From NCBI GenBank assembly GCA_018062885.1, contig JAGORJ010000001.1:151-64150 (forward strand): a DNA stretch of 64,000 nucleotides, written 5' to 3'. Origin of the DNA: Patescibacteria group bacterium (GTDB lineage Bacteria > Patescibacteriota > Patescibacteriia > UBA1558 > GWA2-36-10). A program made the translations under genes and the position numbers. Of the stretch, positions 34,664 through 43,982 are shown piece after piece; position 1 is the stretch's first letter, and every line of letters starts with the position of its first letter. Under the pieces are notes generated by a model that saw only the letters and a list, made by a program, of their open reading frames with translations, made no database searches and had not been told where the DNA came from.

Positions 34664-36277
34664 ATGCAAAATACAAAATTCATTTTTATCACTGGTGGTG
34701 TTTGTTCTGGTCTTGGTAAAGGCATTGCTTCCGCTTCTATTGGCGCTATTTTAGGCTCCTGTGGTTACAAAGTTTTTACCCTCAAGCTTGATCCTTATCT
34801 AAACATCGATCCCGGTACCATGAGTCCTTATCAGCACGGTGAAGTCTATGTGACGGATGATGGCGCAGAAACTGATCTGGATCTCGGGCATTATGAAAGA
34901 TTTATTGACACCAATTTATCCAAGCTATCTAATCTCACTACTGGCCGAGTATATGCTAAAGTTTTGAAAGGCGAGCGCAGTGGTGATTATTTGGGTAAGA
35001 CTATCCAGATCATTCCCCATATTACCAATGAAATAAAAGCACATATCAGAAAGGCAGCCGAAGAATCAAAGGCTGACTTTTTGTTGATAGAGATCGGTGG
35101 TACTGTCGGAGACATTGAGGGTGAGCCTTATTTAGAGGCTGCTAGGCAGTTTCATCGCGAAGTTGGTGCCAATCATGCTTTGTTTGTGCATTTGACCTTG
35201 TTGCCCTTTTTGACAGCTTCAGGCGAGCTCAAGACTAAGCCAACTCAAGCTTCTGTGCGTGAGCTTTATCGTCGTGGTATTCAGCCAGATATTATCTTGG
35301 CAAGAAGTGATAAGCCGATAGACAAAGAGAGCATCCAAAAAATTGCCTTATTTGCTGATGTTGAGGAAAGAGCGGTCATACCAGCGCCGACTGTCAGCAC
35401 TATTTATGAAGTACCGATTAATTTTGAAAAAAAACATCACATTTCTACGATTATTTTTGAGCATTTCCAAATGCCAACAAAAAAAGCAAAATTGGAAGAG
35501 TGGGAGAAGCTAGTCAATCGTATCAAAGCCAATCACCGCCAAAAAATCGAGATTGCTTTAGTAGGAAAGTATAACCAAAACTTAGATGCTTACTTAAGTG
35601 TCGTAGAGGCTTTGAAGTCTGCTTGTTATTTTAATAACTTAAGTTTAAATCTAGTTTGGATAAATGCCACTAATTTGGAAAAAGATGATAAGTCAGAATG
35701 GGAGAAATTAAAAAAATGCAAAGGTATCGTAGTGCCAGGAGGATTTGGCTCTCGGGGGGTAGAAGGTAAGATCATGGCGGCAAAATATGCTCGTGAACAT
35801 AAAATTCCGTATTTAGGCTTATGCCTTGGTATGCAAGTAGCGACTATTGAGTTTGCAAGATTCGTTTTAAATACTACTGACGTAAACTCGACCGAGTTTA
35901 ATCCAAAAACAAAAAATCCAGTCATTCATATTTTACCTGGACATCATGCAGAGGAAAGTAAGGGTGGTACTTTGAGGCTTGGTTCTTATCCTTGTGTGCT
36001 AGACAAAGATTCTTTGAGTTTCAAAGCTTATGCTCAAAACAAAATAGACGAAAGACATCGTCATCGCTATGAGTTTAATATGGACTATAAAGAGGTCTTA
36101 GAAAAAGCTGGTATGCGTCTAGCAGGACTTTCGCCAGATAAAAAATTAGTAGAAATAATAGAGCTCAAAAATCATCCATTTTTTGTAGCCAGCCAGTTTC
36201 ACCCAGAGTTTAAATCCAGACCATTGAGAGCGCATCCCTTGTTTAGAGATTTCATCAAAGCAAGTAATAAAATTTAG
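34664..36277 (+). CDS. pyrG: CTP synthase
   Basis: FITGGVCSGLGKGIASASIGAILG, DLDLGHYERF, glutamine amidotransferase GLCLGMQ and HPEF. Confidence 0.95.
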   Translation: MQNTKFIFITGGVCSGLGKGIASASIGAILGSCGYKVFTLKLDPYLNIDPGTMSPYQHGEVYVTDDGAETDLDLGHYERFIDTNLSKLSNLTTGRVYAKVLKGERSGDYLGKTIQIIPHITNEIKAHIRKAAEESKADFLLIEIGGTVGDIEGEPYLEAARQFHREVGANHALFVHLTLLPFLTASGELKTKPTQASVRELYRRGIQPDIILARSDKPIDKESIQKIALFADVEERAVIPAPTVSTIYEVPINFEKKHHISTIIFEHFQMPTKKAKLEEWEKLVNRIKANHRQKIEIALVGKYNQNLDAYLSVVEALKSACYFNNLSLNLVWINATNLEKDDKSEWEKLKKCKGIVVPGGFGSRGVEGKIMAAKYAREHKIPYLGLCLGMQVATIEFARFVLNTTDVNSTEFNPKTKNPVIHILPGHHAEESKGGTLRLGSYPCVLDKDSLSFKAYAQNKIDERHRHRYEFNMDYKEVLEKAGMRLAGLSPDKKLVEIIELKNHPFFVASQFHPEFKSRPLRAHPLFRDFIKASNKI

Positions 36278-36282
36278 TCAAA

Positions 36283-36316
36283 GAAAAAAGGGGCGTCCGT
36301 TGGGCGCCCCTTTTGA
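36283..36316. terminator. Bidirectional GC-rich terminator between pyrG (+) and 36336-36761 (-)
   Basis: ggggcg-tccgttgg-cgcccc hairpin flanked by A-run and TTTT. Confidence 0.6.
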
Positions 36317-36335
36317 GTTTGTGTGCCGTTGTTGG

Positions 36336-36761
36336 CTATGCCTTAAGCTTATGCAACAAGAACATAGCGATGGAAAATGCTGGCTTTTCCATCACCCCCG
36401 CATACATGAAGCTTGGGCCTTCCTTGAGACAAACAAATTCCTCCTGGTCATGCAATCTGTTTATCACTGAAAGATGTATCTCTCTTTCGTAAATCGTATC
36501 GCGTCCCGGGTTCACATCGAGTGTGATAATAGAGTGCTCGCCCAGAAGCGTTTGAATGGGATGCCCGGTAGCTAAGGCGACGATTTTCATTAACAACCCC
36601 TGTACATGACTGTGGTCTGCTACGTGCAAACGAAAGGTGGTCACAGTGGAGTTGGCGTGGTACTTGCCTTCTGAGTTTAGCTCAGAAAGAACGCCGTAAA
36701 AGGTAATGGTGTGTGCCATGATACTCATCCTCCTCGTTTCATGGTATGTCTTGAAGAGCAT
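36336..36761 (-). CDS. Hypothetical small protein, higher-GC (about 47%); probable true start at MAHTITF (36719) 9 nt after AGGAGG
   Basis: ORF track start 36761; perfect AGGAGG SD sits 9 nt before the in-frame ATG at 36719; no recognised domain. Confidence 0.5.
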   Translation of the reverse strand: MLFKTYHETRRMSIMAHTITFYGVLSELNSEGKYHANSTVTTFRLHVADHSHVQGLLMKIVALATGHPIQTLLGEHSIITLDVNPGRDTIYEREIHLSVINRLHDQEEFVCLKEGPSFMYAGVMEKPAFSIAMFLLHKLKA

Positions 36762-36786
36762 ATCAGCACTTGCTGATAATCGTATT

Positions 36787-36815
36787 ATAATAGAATATAT
36801 ATGCTATTTTGTCAA
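36787..36815 (-). promoter_or_regulatory. Strong TTGACA-N17-TATTAT promoter (minus strand) for 36336-36761
   Basis: rc of 36810-36815 is TTGACA; rc of 36787-36792 is TATTAT; 17-nt spacer. Confidence 0.45.
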
Positions 36816-36909
36816 GTATGGTGCTTATCTATTTTTGTATCTAAATAATCCAATCTATGCTATAATACTTGAATAAACATAGACTATTTATTAATCTAAA
36901 TATAATTTT

Positions 36910-37674
36910 ATGGAAATGGAAAAAGAAGCATGTTGTACAAATAAACCCTACAAGTTTATTTTCAAAATGACAGGCATAGTGTTGATTGCGGCGGTCTTAA
37001 TCGTTGCTTTGGTGCGTGATCGCATCGTCAGCAATCCAAACTGGCAAGTATCAGTGACTGGTCAGGGCAAAGTAGCTTATACACCAGATGTTGCTAAAAT
37101 AAACTTTGGTGTGCAAGTAGACAAAGCAGCTAGTGCTGAAATAGCTTTGAATACTTTAAATAGCAATATAGAAAAAGTCATGAAAGCTTTAACTGATTTG
37201 GGTATTGAACAAAAAAATATCAGCACCCAAAACTATTCTCTATATCCACAGTATGACTATATCGATGGTGTTTCTAAACCATCTGGCTATAGTGCTAGCG
37301 AGCAAGTGACAGTCAAGATAGAAAAGTTTGCTGAAAAAGATAACTTGATTGGCAGAGCGATAGCAGAGGTGACTAAAGCTGGCGTCAATAATATCAGTGG
37401 TATTAGTTTTGAGGCAGCTGACATTGAAGTTTTAAAAAATGAAGCAAGACTTAAAGCAGTCGAAGACGCTAAGATAAAAGCCAAAGAAATGTCTAAAAGC
37501 ACTGGTGTGCGTTTAGGTAAAGTGATTGGCTGGTGGGAAAATTATTATCCAGTTGATCCATATATGGACGGTAAAGGTGGCGCTTTGATGAACGAAAGTT
37601 TATCATCAGCCTCAGTGCCAAGTAGTCAATACGAAGTTTCAGTGGAAGTTAATCTGAATTATAAAGTTAAATAA
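36910..37674 (+). CDS. SIMPL-domain (DUF541, YggE-like) protein
   Basis: N-terminal TM, then SVTGQGKVAYTPDVAKINFGVQ...NYSLYPQYDY matches the SIMPL family. Confidence 0.8.
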   Translation: MEMEKEACCTNKPYKFIFKMTGIVLIAAVLIVALVRDRIVSNPNWQVSVTGQGKVAYTPDVAKINFGVQVDKAASAEIALNTLNSNIEKVMKALTDLGIEQKNISTQNYSLYPQYDYIDGVSKPSGYSASEQVTVKIEKFAEKDNLIGRAIAEVTKAGVNNISGISFEAADIEVLKNEARLKAVEDAKIKAKEMSKSTGVRLGKVIGWWENYYPVDPYMDGKGGALMNESLSSASVPSSQYEVSVEVNLNYKVK

Positions 37675-37706
37675 AAAAATACCCCCTAGTGGGGGTATTT
37701 TTTTAT
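37672..37706. terminator. Bidirectional terminator between SIMPL (+) and SPFH (-) genes
   Basis: accccc-tagt-gggggt hairpin with A7 before and T7 after. Confidence 0.6.
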
Positions 37707-37716
37707 TGGGGATAAT

Positions 37717-38457
37717 TTATTTTTTGATAAAACCTTCGATAGCTTTTAAGGTCTCAACTGGTACCATGTAAACTACGGTGTTGCTTTGGTCTGAGGCCAT
37801 GTCATTGATAGACTGTAAGGTTCTTAGGTGTAGCGCACCAGGAGTTTTGGCTAACATCTCAGCGGCCTTGGAGATATTTTCTGAGGCAGCTAATTCTCCT
37901 TCGGAATTGATGATGACAGCTCTTTTTTCTCTTTCGGCTTCAGCTTGTTTGCCGATAGTTCTTTCTAGATCTGGTGGGAGACTGACATCCTTGAGCTCAA
38001 CATTCAAAACTTTCAAGCCCCAAGCATCAGTTTCTTTATCAACGATCTCTCTGATACGGTCAGCGATTTTGTCACGGCTAGATAATAATTCATCTAGAGT
38101 GACTTCACCGACGATGTTTCTCATAGTTGTTTGCGCGTATTGAGAGATAGCGTAGCGGAAGTCTTCTACTTCAATGATCGCTTTTTCAGCTTCACTGACT
38201 TTGTAATAAATAACAGCGTTGACGCGTACCGAGACATTGTCTCTGGTGATAGCGTTTTGATCAGGGACATCCACTGCTTTAGTGCGGACATCGACTTTTT
38301 GAAAGCTTTGGATAATTGGCCAAACTATGCGCCAACCTGGTCCCATGATGCCGGTAAATTTACCGAAAGTAAATTTGACACCTCTTTCGTATTGATTGAT
38401 CTGTCTGACGCTAATCAGGACTAGAAAAATCACGACGGCTAAAATTGTGTAGAACAT
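37717..38457 (-). CDS. SPFH/band-7 (stomatin/prohibitin-like) membrane protein
   Basis: N-terminal TM, then QYERGVKFTFGKF...GPGWRIVWPIIQS...NAVIYYKV and coiled-coil AEAEREKRA typical of SPFH proteins. Confidence 0.85.
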   Translation of the reverse strand: MFYTILAVVIFLVLISVRQINQYERGVKFTFGKFTGIMGPGWRIVWPIIQSFQKVDVRTKAVDVPDQNAITRDNVSVRVNAVIYYKVSEAEKAIIEVEDFRYAISQYAQTTMRNIVGEVTLDELLSSRDKIADRIREIVDKETDAWGLKVLNVELKDVSLPPDLERTIGKQAEAEREKRAVIINSEGELAASENISKAAEMLAKTPGALHLRTLQSINDMASDQSNTVVYMVPVETLKAIEGFIKK

Positions 38458-38610
38458 ACAAATTTTTTAATGATTAATTAGAACAAGTATATCTTATCAT
38501 AAGCTCTAGATTTTAGTAAATACAGCTATTTTTTTCGGCTTGAACAAAATAATGATTTGTGCCAGACTTAAAGAGTATAAAGTTCCTCCACGCAAAATTC
38601 GAGGTGTGCC

Positions 38611-38832
38611 ATGTCCAAGGGTCAAACTGATAAAAGTGCCACAAATGCCCCGCTTTCAATTCCTCTCATTTTTGCTGCAGCTTTAGCCGCTGTTTGCTTC
38701 GGGTGGATGACAGCGAACGCTTGGCTTGAGCGACATCAGCCTACTTTCGAATGGTCGAATGTGGTGATTCCTGGTGCCGTGTGTCTTCTGGCGGTGGTGA
38801 TTTTCATCTGGGCTATCAGTCCGCGCAAGTAG
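38611..38832 (+). CDS. Small two-TM membrane protein, higher-GC (about 50%)
   Basis: 73 aa, two hydrophobic helices; followed by a GC-rich terminator; composition unlike neighbours. Confidence 0.4.
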   Translation: MSKGQTDKSATNAPLSIPLIFAAALAAVCFGWMTANAWLERHQPTFEWSNVVIPGAVCLLAVVIFIWAISPRK

Positions 38833-38856
38833 ACTCAATCGAGGCATAGGCAGAAT

Positions 38857-38893
38857 GGGTGGGTCTACTGAGATCCGCCCTTTATTTTTTTTT
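38857..38893 (+). terminator. Rho-independent terminator
   Basis: gggtgg...ccgccc stem followed by T13. Confidence 0.55.
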
Positions 38894-38944
38894 CTAACTT
38901 TGACTTTTCTTTGAAAAAATGGGATAATTAAAAAGATTTAAGTA

Positions 38945-39910
38945 TTGAAAAAAAATTTTATGGATAATACAAACATTCCCAAGACAACGCCAAAGGATGT
39001 ATTTTTACATTTATTTGCTATTGTCACTTTTTATTTGACGGTCATTTCTTTTATTACTCTCTATATTCAGTACATCAACGCTTTATTTCCAGATGCTTTG
39101 AATTTTTATTACAACGGCATTAGTCAGGGCGTTCGTTGGGCAACATCTATTTTGGTAGTTGCTTTGCCAGCTTACTTGATAAGTAATTGGCTATTAAACA
39201 AAGATGTCAAAGTTGAGCCCTTGCATCGTGAAATCAAAATACGCAGATGGTTAGTTTATTTGACTTTGTTTGTTTCGGCGGTGACTATCATCATTGATTT
39301 GATGGTTTTGGTATATAATTTTTTAAACGGAGAATTGAGCACTCGTTTCTTTTTGAAAATCATTGTAGTTTTATTAGTTGCAGCCGCAGTGTTTGCTTAT
39401 TATTTTTGGGAGCTTAAGAGTAAAGAACTTAATAGCAATTTGTCAAAAATTTTAGCTAGCATTGTTATAGCGGTGGTCTTAGCTAGTATTGTTTGGGGAT
39501 TTTTTATTGTCGGTAGTCCCAAAGATCAACGCAATCGTCGTTTTGATGAGCAAAGAGTTCAGGCTTTGAGAGATATTCAGTATCAAGTCTTGGATTATTG
39601 GCAAAACAAAAATATCCTACCAACAGACTTGAGCGCTTTGACAGATAGTATTTCTGGTTTTAAAGCCAGTGTTGATCCAGAGACAGCTAAAACTTATGAA
39701 TATAAAGTTATAGGTGCTTTGACTTTTGAGTTATGTGCCGATTTTAAAACAGATAGTAAAGACAATGTAGATAGAAATGGCTCAGAAATTATGCCTATTT
39801 ATAATATGGGTTGGAGTGATAATTGGGAGCACAAAGCGGAAAGAACTTGCTTTGAGCGCGTTATTGATCCAGAACTATATAAATTACCAGGCAAAGAAAT
39901 AGTTCAATAA
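38945..39910 (+). CDS. Polytopic membrane protein with soluble C-terminal domain (DUF5671-like)
   Basis: 5-6 TM helices, then about 130-aa hydrophilic domain; no catalytic motif recognised. Confidence 0.45.
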   Translation: MKKNFMDNTNIPKTTPKDVFLHLFAIVTFYLTVISFITLYIQYINALFPDALNFYYNGISQGVRWATSILVVALPAYLISNWLLNKDVKVEPLHREIKIRRWLVYLTLFVSAVTIIIDLMVLVYNFLNGELSTRFFLKIIVVLLVAAAVFAYYFWELKSKELNSNLSKILASIVIAVVLASIVWGFFIVGSPKDQRNRRFDEQRVQALRDIQYQVLDYWQNKNILPTDLSALTDSISGFKASVDPETAKTYEYKVIGALTFELCADFKTDSKDNVDRNGSEIMPIYNMGWSDNWEHKAERTCFERVIDPELYKLPGKEIVQ

Positions 39911-39923
39911 ATTAAATATATTT

Positions 39924-39957
39924 TAAAAACCCAGGTATTTACCTGGGTTTTTTTATT
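39924..39957. terminator. Bidirectional terminator
   Basis: cccaggt-attt-acctggg hairpin between A-run and T-run. Confidence 0.6.
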
Positions 39958-41185
39958 TTTTAGCAATGTCTTGACCGGCCAAGTGTCCAGTCGCCCAAGA
40001 GGCTTGGAGATTAAAGCCACCGGTAAAGCCGTCAATATTGAGTATCTCTCCAGCAAAGTATAGTCCAGGACAAAGTTTGGATTCCATGGTGCTGGGATTA
40101 ACTTCGTTTAAGTCGATGCCACCAGCCGTCACAAATTCATCGCCAGCTTTACGATCAATGATGCTCAGAGGAATATTTTTGAGCCAAGTAGCCGCTTGAT
40201 TTAAGTCTTTTTTGCTGACGCTATTATTTTTTTTGTCTTCACTGAGATTTATTTCTTTGACAGCAATGCTGGCTAGAGATAGAGGAACAAATTGTTGTAG
40301 AGTATGTTTAAAAAGTTTATTAGGGTTTATGCTGATAAACTTTTTTAGCTCAGCCAGTATTTCTTCAGATTTTAAATCTACTAATAAATCCAAAGAAATT
40401 TTTAAGGGTTTATTAGGATCAAATTTTTCAAAAGCAATCAAGGCTGATAAGGCAAAAACAGCTGGACCGCTGATGCCCCAGTGTGTAAATACAAAGGGAC
40501 CGGTAAAAGTAGCTTTAGTAGCTGGAACTTTGAAAGTCGCTTTGACAAATGATAGGCCAGAAATTAAAGTTGGCCATTTTTCTCTGGTTGTCAAAGAGCT
40601 TAGAGATGGGGCAAGCTCAGTAGTGTGGTGACCTAGACTTTCGGCTAAACTATAGCCGTCACCCGTGGAACCAGTTTGACGATAAGCTTGTCCACCAAAA
40701 GCAAAAACTACTTTATCCACTTCTAGTGCTTTTTGTGTTTTAAAATTTATTATAAAACTATTTTCTTTTTTAGTTATTTGTGTGACTTGATGTTTAAATA
40801 AAATTTTAGTTTTGTGCTGAGTAAATATTTTTTCAAAGGCTTTGACCACATCTTTGCCGTTGTTGGACACTGGAAAAACTCTCAAATCTTTTTCGCATTT
40901 GAGTGGCACATCATGATTCTCAAACCAATCGTATGTCGCTTGGGGAGAAAATTGACGCATAGCAGAGTTTAAAAACTTTTCGCCTCTGGGGTATTTTTTT
41001 AAAACAGTGTTGACATCTTGTAGGCCGGTAGTCACATTGCAGCGGCCTCCGCCAGAAATAATAACTTTTTTACCCAAAGAATCGTTTTTTTCTATCAAAA
41101 AAACTTCGGCTTGCGGATTATTTTCGTTGATGGTAGCAGCGGCCATCATACCAGCGGCGCCTCCACCGATTATCGCTATTTTCAT
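39953..41185 (-). CDS. HI0933/BaiN-family NAD(FAD)-utilising dehydrogenase
   Basis: MKIAIIGGGAAGMMAAA dinucleotide-binding motif; SGGGRCNVT; family length about 410 aa. Confidence 0.8.
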   Translation of the reverse strand: MKIAIIGGGAAGMMAAATINENNPQAEVFLIEKNDSLGKKVIISGGGRCNVTTGLQDVNTVLKKYPRGEKFLNSAMRQFSPQATYDWFENHDVPLKCEKDLRVFPVSNNGKDVVKAFEKIFTQHKTKILFKHQVTQITKKENSFIINFKTQKALEVDKVVFAFGGQAYRQTGSTGDGYSLAESLGHHTTELAPSLSSLTTREKWPTLISGLSFVKATFKVPATKATFTGPFVFTHWGISGPAVFALSALIAFEKFDPNKPLKISLDLLVDLKSEEILAELKKFISINPNKLFKHTLQQFVPLSLASIAVKEINLSEDKKNNSVSKKDLNQAATWLKNIPLSIIDRKAGDEFVTAGGIDLNEVNPSTMESKLCPGLYFAGEILNIDGFTGGFNLQASWATGHLAGQDIAKK

Positions 41186-41251
41186 ATTTTAAAGATTACA
41201 CTGGGAGCTTAATAAAATCAAGATAAAATAAAAACAGCTTTTAAGCTGTAG

Positions 41252-41325
41252 TGGCTCGGGGATAGGGAATCGAACCCCAATTGACTGGACCAAAACCAGT
41301 TGTCCTACCATTAGACGATCCCCGA
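41252..41325 (-). tRNA. tRNA-Gln (anticodon TTG) with U1:A72 and encoded CCA
   Basis: rc reads TCGGGGATCGTCTAATGGTAGGACAACTGGTTTTGGTCCAGTCAATTGGGGTTCGATTCCCTATCCCCGAGCCA; anticodon loop ttTTGgt; hairpin plus T-run terminator at 41233-41250. Confidence 0.75.
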
Positions 41326-41398
41326 ACGAAATAACGGAATTATGATAGTATTTTTTTAGTTAATTGTCAACAGCTAGGTATATTTTTTATGTTTTTTT

Positions 41399-41407
41399 TG
41401 TTATAAT
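41399..41407 (+). promoter_or_regulatory. Extended -10 promoter (TGtTATAAT) upstream of the pilin operon
   Basis: TGT 41399-41401 plus TATAAT 41402-41407, about 43 nt before the first pilin ATG. Confidence 0.4.
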
Positions 41408-41450
41408 ATACTTATAGTTTTTATTTACATATAGAACAAAAACTTTATGA

Positions 41451-42128
41451 ATGTTTAAAAGATTTGCAAGCGGTTTTACTTTGATAGAGTTGATGATTGT
41501 TATTGCCCTCATCGCTTTACTTGGTGCATCTGTTTTGGTAGCAGTTGATCCAGCACGCAGGATTGGGGAAGCTCGTAATGCTGTCAGAGCAAGTGATGCT
41601 GAGAGTATCAAGAATGCCTTAGACTATTATGTCGGTGAGTATCATAGTTTACCTGTAGCTCTAGCAAGTAAAGCTGATAATACAAACTACATGATAGCTG
41701 CTGCCGGAGACACGTCTGGTTCTACTGTAAGTTGTGAAGCAGTTGGTGATATTGTAAAAGTTGATATTACTAATGGTGCTAGTAATTTATTTAATTTTAT
41801 TCCAACTATACCGATAGATCCAGAGCAGAGCTCTCCATATACAAATGGCTCGGGCTATTATTGCAAAAAACAAGGAAATAAAATAATTGATATTAAGCCT
41901 TGTAATGTTTATACTGCGCCAGTAGAGGAGGTAGTAGTTGTGCCTGTATGTGGAAATGGTGTGGTGGAGGGTGCAGAAGTATGTGATGCTGGAGTTAATA
42001 ATAGATCGACAAATGTTTGTGCTATGAGTCCAGATTGTCAGGCAAACAACTCAAGTTGTTCTAGTGGCTTCTATTGTAGGACTGACTGTACGACTTGTGT
42101 GCAATGCACAGCCTCCTGCAGTGGTTAA
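41451..42128 (+). CDS. Type IV pilin-like protein with Cys-rich C-terminal domain
   Basis: Prepilin leader plus GFTLIELMIVIALIALL class III signal; C-terminal segment with 12 Cys (VCGNGVVEGAEVCDAG...CVQCTASCSG). Confidence 0.8.
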   Translation: MFKRFASGFTLIELMIVIALIALLGASVLVAVDPARRIGEARNAVRASDAESIKNALDYYVGEYHSLPVALASKADNTNYMIAAAGDTSGSTVSCEAVGDIVKVDITNGASNLFNFIPTIPIDPEQSSPYTNGSGYYCKKQGNKIIDIKPCNVYTAPVEEVVVVPVCGNGVVEGAEVCDAGVNNRSTNVCAMSPDCQANNSSCSSGFYCRTDCTTCVQCTASCSG

Positions 42129-42135
42129 ATTTTAA

Positions 42136-42687
42136 ATGAAATTTTTAAACAAACAACATATATTTTATCAGAGTGGATTCACTCTGATAGAGCTTATCAT
42201 AGTCATTGCTGTCATCGCACTACTTGCCGCTTCTGTTTTTGTGGCTGTTGATCCTGCTAAGCGCATTGGGCAAGCTCAAGACGCTCAGCGTTGGTCTGAC
42301 GTGACCGCGATCGCTGAGGCAATTCAATTGTATAAAGCAGATCATGGCGGTGAATTTCCTACTTCGACTAGCGATGGTGTGTTTACAATGTATGGCTTAG
42401 GTAGCCTTACCCGTTATTATTTGCTAGGTATCGGTACTGTAAGTAATAATGATCTTGATAGTGATAATTGTGCTAATTATCCAGGCAGTCTGGAGCCAGA
42501 GGGTGTTTTGTTATCTAATTTAGTACCAACTTATTTACCTACTATGCCAGTAGATCCTACAGGACTACAAAATAATGGTAGAACTACTGGTTATTATATA
42601 AGGTTTCTAAATAGTCCAACTAAATTTGAGATTGGAGTTTGTGAGGAAAGTGATTATGCTACTGCCTCTATTTATGTTCAAAGATAA
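42136..42687 (+). CDS. Type IV pilin-like protein (short variant, 2 Cys)
   Basis: GFTLIELIIVIAVIALLAASVFVAV prepilin N-terminus. Confidence 0.8.
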   Translation: MKFLNKQHIFYQSGFTLIELIIVIAVIALLAASVFVAVDPAKRIGQAQDAQRWSDVTAIAEAIQLYKADHGGEFPTSTSDGVFTMYGLGSLTRYYLLGIGTVSNNDLDSDNCANYPGSLEPEGVLLSNLVPTYLPTMPVDPTGLQNNGRTTGYYIRFLNSPTKFEIGVCEESDYATASIYVQR

Positions 42688-42695
42688 AATTTTAA

Positions 42696-43388
42696 ATGAA
42701 ATTTTTAAATAAAAAATATATATTATATCAAAAAGGTTTTACATTAATAGAATTAATCATTGTTATAGCCGTCATCGCGCTACTTGCCGCTTCTGTTTTT
42801 GTGGCGGTTGATCCAGCGCGCAGGATTGGTGAAGGGCGTAATTCTGTCAGGGCTAGCGATACAGTGAATATTAAAAAAGCACTGGAGTTTTATGTTGGTG
42901 AATACAAAACTTTACCGCCAGCTCTTTTAAGTTTACAAGATAATACAAATTATCTAATTGCGGCAGCTGGTGATAATGCTGGCGGTAGTGTTTATTGTGC
43001 TTTGCCTGGTAATCTGACTAAGGTGGATATTACTAATGGTGCTAGTGAATTTTTTAATTTTTTGCCAACCATACCAGTTGATCCATCACAAGGCCCAGCT
43101 TATCCAAATGGCTCGGGCTATTATTTTAAAAAGCAAGGAAATAAAATTTTAGAAGTAAATGCTTGCAATACTTATTCCAATGTACCGGTGTGTGGTAATG
43201 GTGTAGTGGAAGGTAATGAAGTTTGTGATGCGGGTGGAAATAATAGGCCGATCATAGATCCTGTTTTTGGTTATTGTCCAAGTTTATTTTTTTGTTTTAA
43301 TGCTAATAATTCTGTTTGCTCTAATGATAATAGTTGCACAGATGATTGTAGTGCCTGTGATCAATGTGCTGGAGATTGTCCCATTTAG
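42696..43388 (+). CDS. Type IV pilin-like protein with Cys-rich C-terminal domain (paralog of 41451-42128)
   Basis: GFTLIELIIVIAVIALL N-terminus; shared blocks ALDYYVGEY, DITNGAS, VCGNGVVEG.EVCDAG; 14 Cys in the last 70 aa. Confidence 0.8.
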   Translation: MKFLNKKYILYQKGFTLIELIIVIAVIALLAASVFVAVDPARRIGEGRNSVRASDTVNIKKALEFYVGEYKTLPPALLSLQDNTNYLIAAAGDNAGGSVYCALPGNLTKVDITNGASEFFNFLPTIPVDPSQGPAYPNGSGYYFKKQGNKILEVNACNTYSNVPVCGNGVVEGNEVCDAGGNNRPIIDPVFGYCPSLFFCFNANNSVCSNDNSCTDDCSACDQCAGDCPI

Positions 43389-43425
43389 CAAGTATTTTGG
43401 TGTATTAATAAGTAATAAATAAAGT

Positions 43426-43839
43426 ATGCAAGTAAATTATTATGCGATTTTAGTGTGTGGAATTTTAGCCATGGTTTTTGGTTATTTATGGTACGGGCCA
43501 TTGTTTGGTAAAAAATGGCTTGAAGTCGTTGGTGCAACAAAATTAGATTTAGAGGCTCGTAAAAAAATGGAAGCCAACGTTTGGAAGCTATACCTACTCC
43601 AATTTTTATTAGCTTTATTTCAAGTTTGGGTTTTGGCTTATTATATTCAGGGTTGGGAAGAGGCTTCTGGTCTTACAAATGCTTTGTGGATTTGGGCAGC
43701 TTTTGTGGTGCCGGTGATAGCTGGGACTGCGATGTGGAACAATGACTCGGCTAAAATTTCTTGGACAAGATTTTTGCTTCAAGCGGGTTATCAGCTTATT
43801 TGTTTTGTGGCCTTTGGTTTGATTTTGGGTGCGTGGTAA
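43426..43839 (+). CDS. DUF1761-like membrane protein
   Basis: 137 aa, 4 TM helices, YLWYGPLFGKKW motif. Confidence 0.45.
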   Translation: MQVNYYAILVCGILAMVFGYLWYGPLFGKKWLEVVGATKLDLEARKKMEANVWKLYLLQFLLALFQVWVLAYYIQGWEEASGLTNALWIWAAFVVPVIAGTAMWNNDSAKISWTRFLLQAGYQLICFVAFGLILGAW

Positions 43840-43866
43840 GAGGTTTTTATTAAACTGGTATTAAAA

Positions 43867-43916
43867 ATAGTTTTGTGATCTCTGTGGTTGACAAAACTAT
43901 TTTTTTGTGATATAGT
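43867..43916 (+). promoter_or_regulatory. Terminator hairpin (atagttttgt / acaaaactat) overlapping a TTGACA-N17-TATAGT promoter for the DEAD-box helicase
   Basis: 10-bp perfect stem 43867-43900 plus T7; TTGACA 43888-43893, TATAGT 43911-43916. Confidence 0.5.
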
Positions 43917-43982
43917 AAGCAATCTAATCAATTCTAGCCATATTTATAGAGGCTAGCGACTCGAATTTTTTGTGTCATTATT

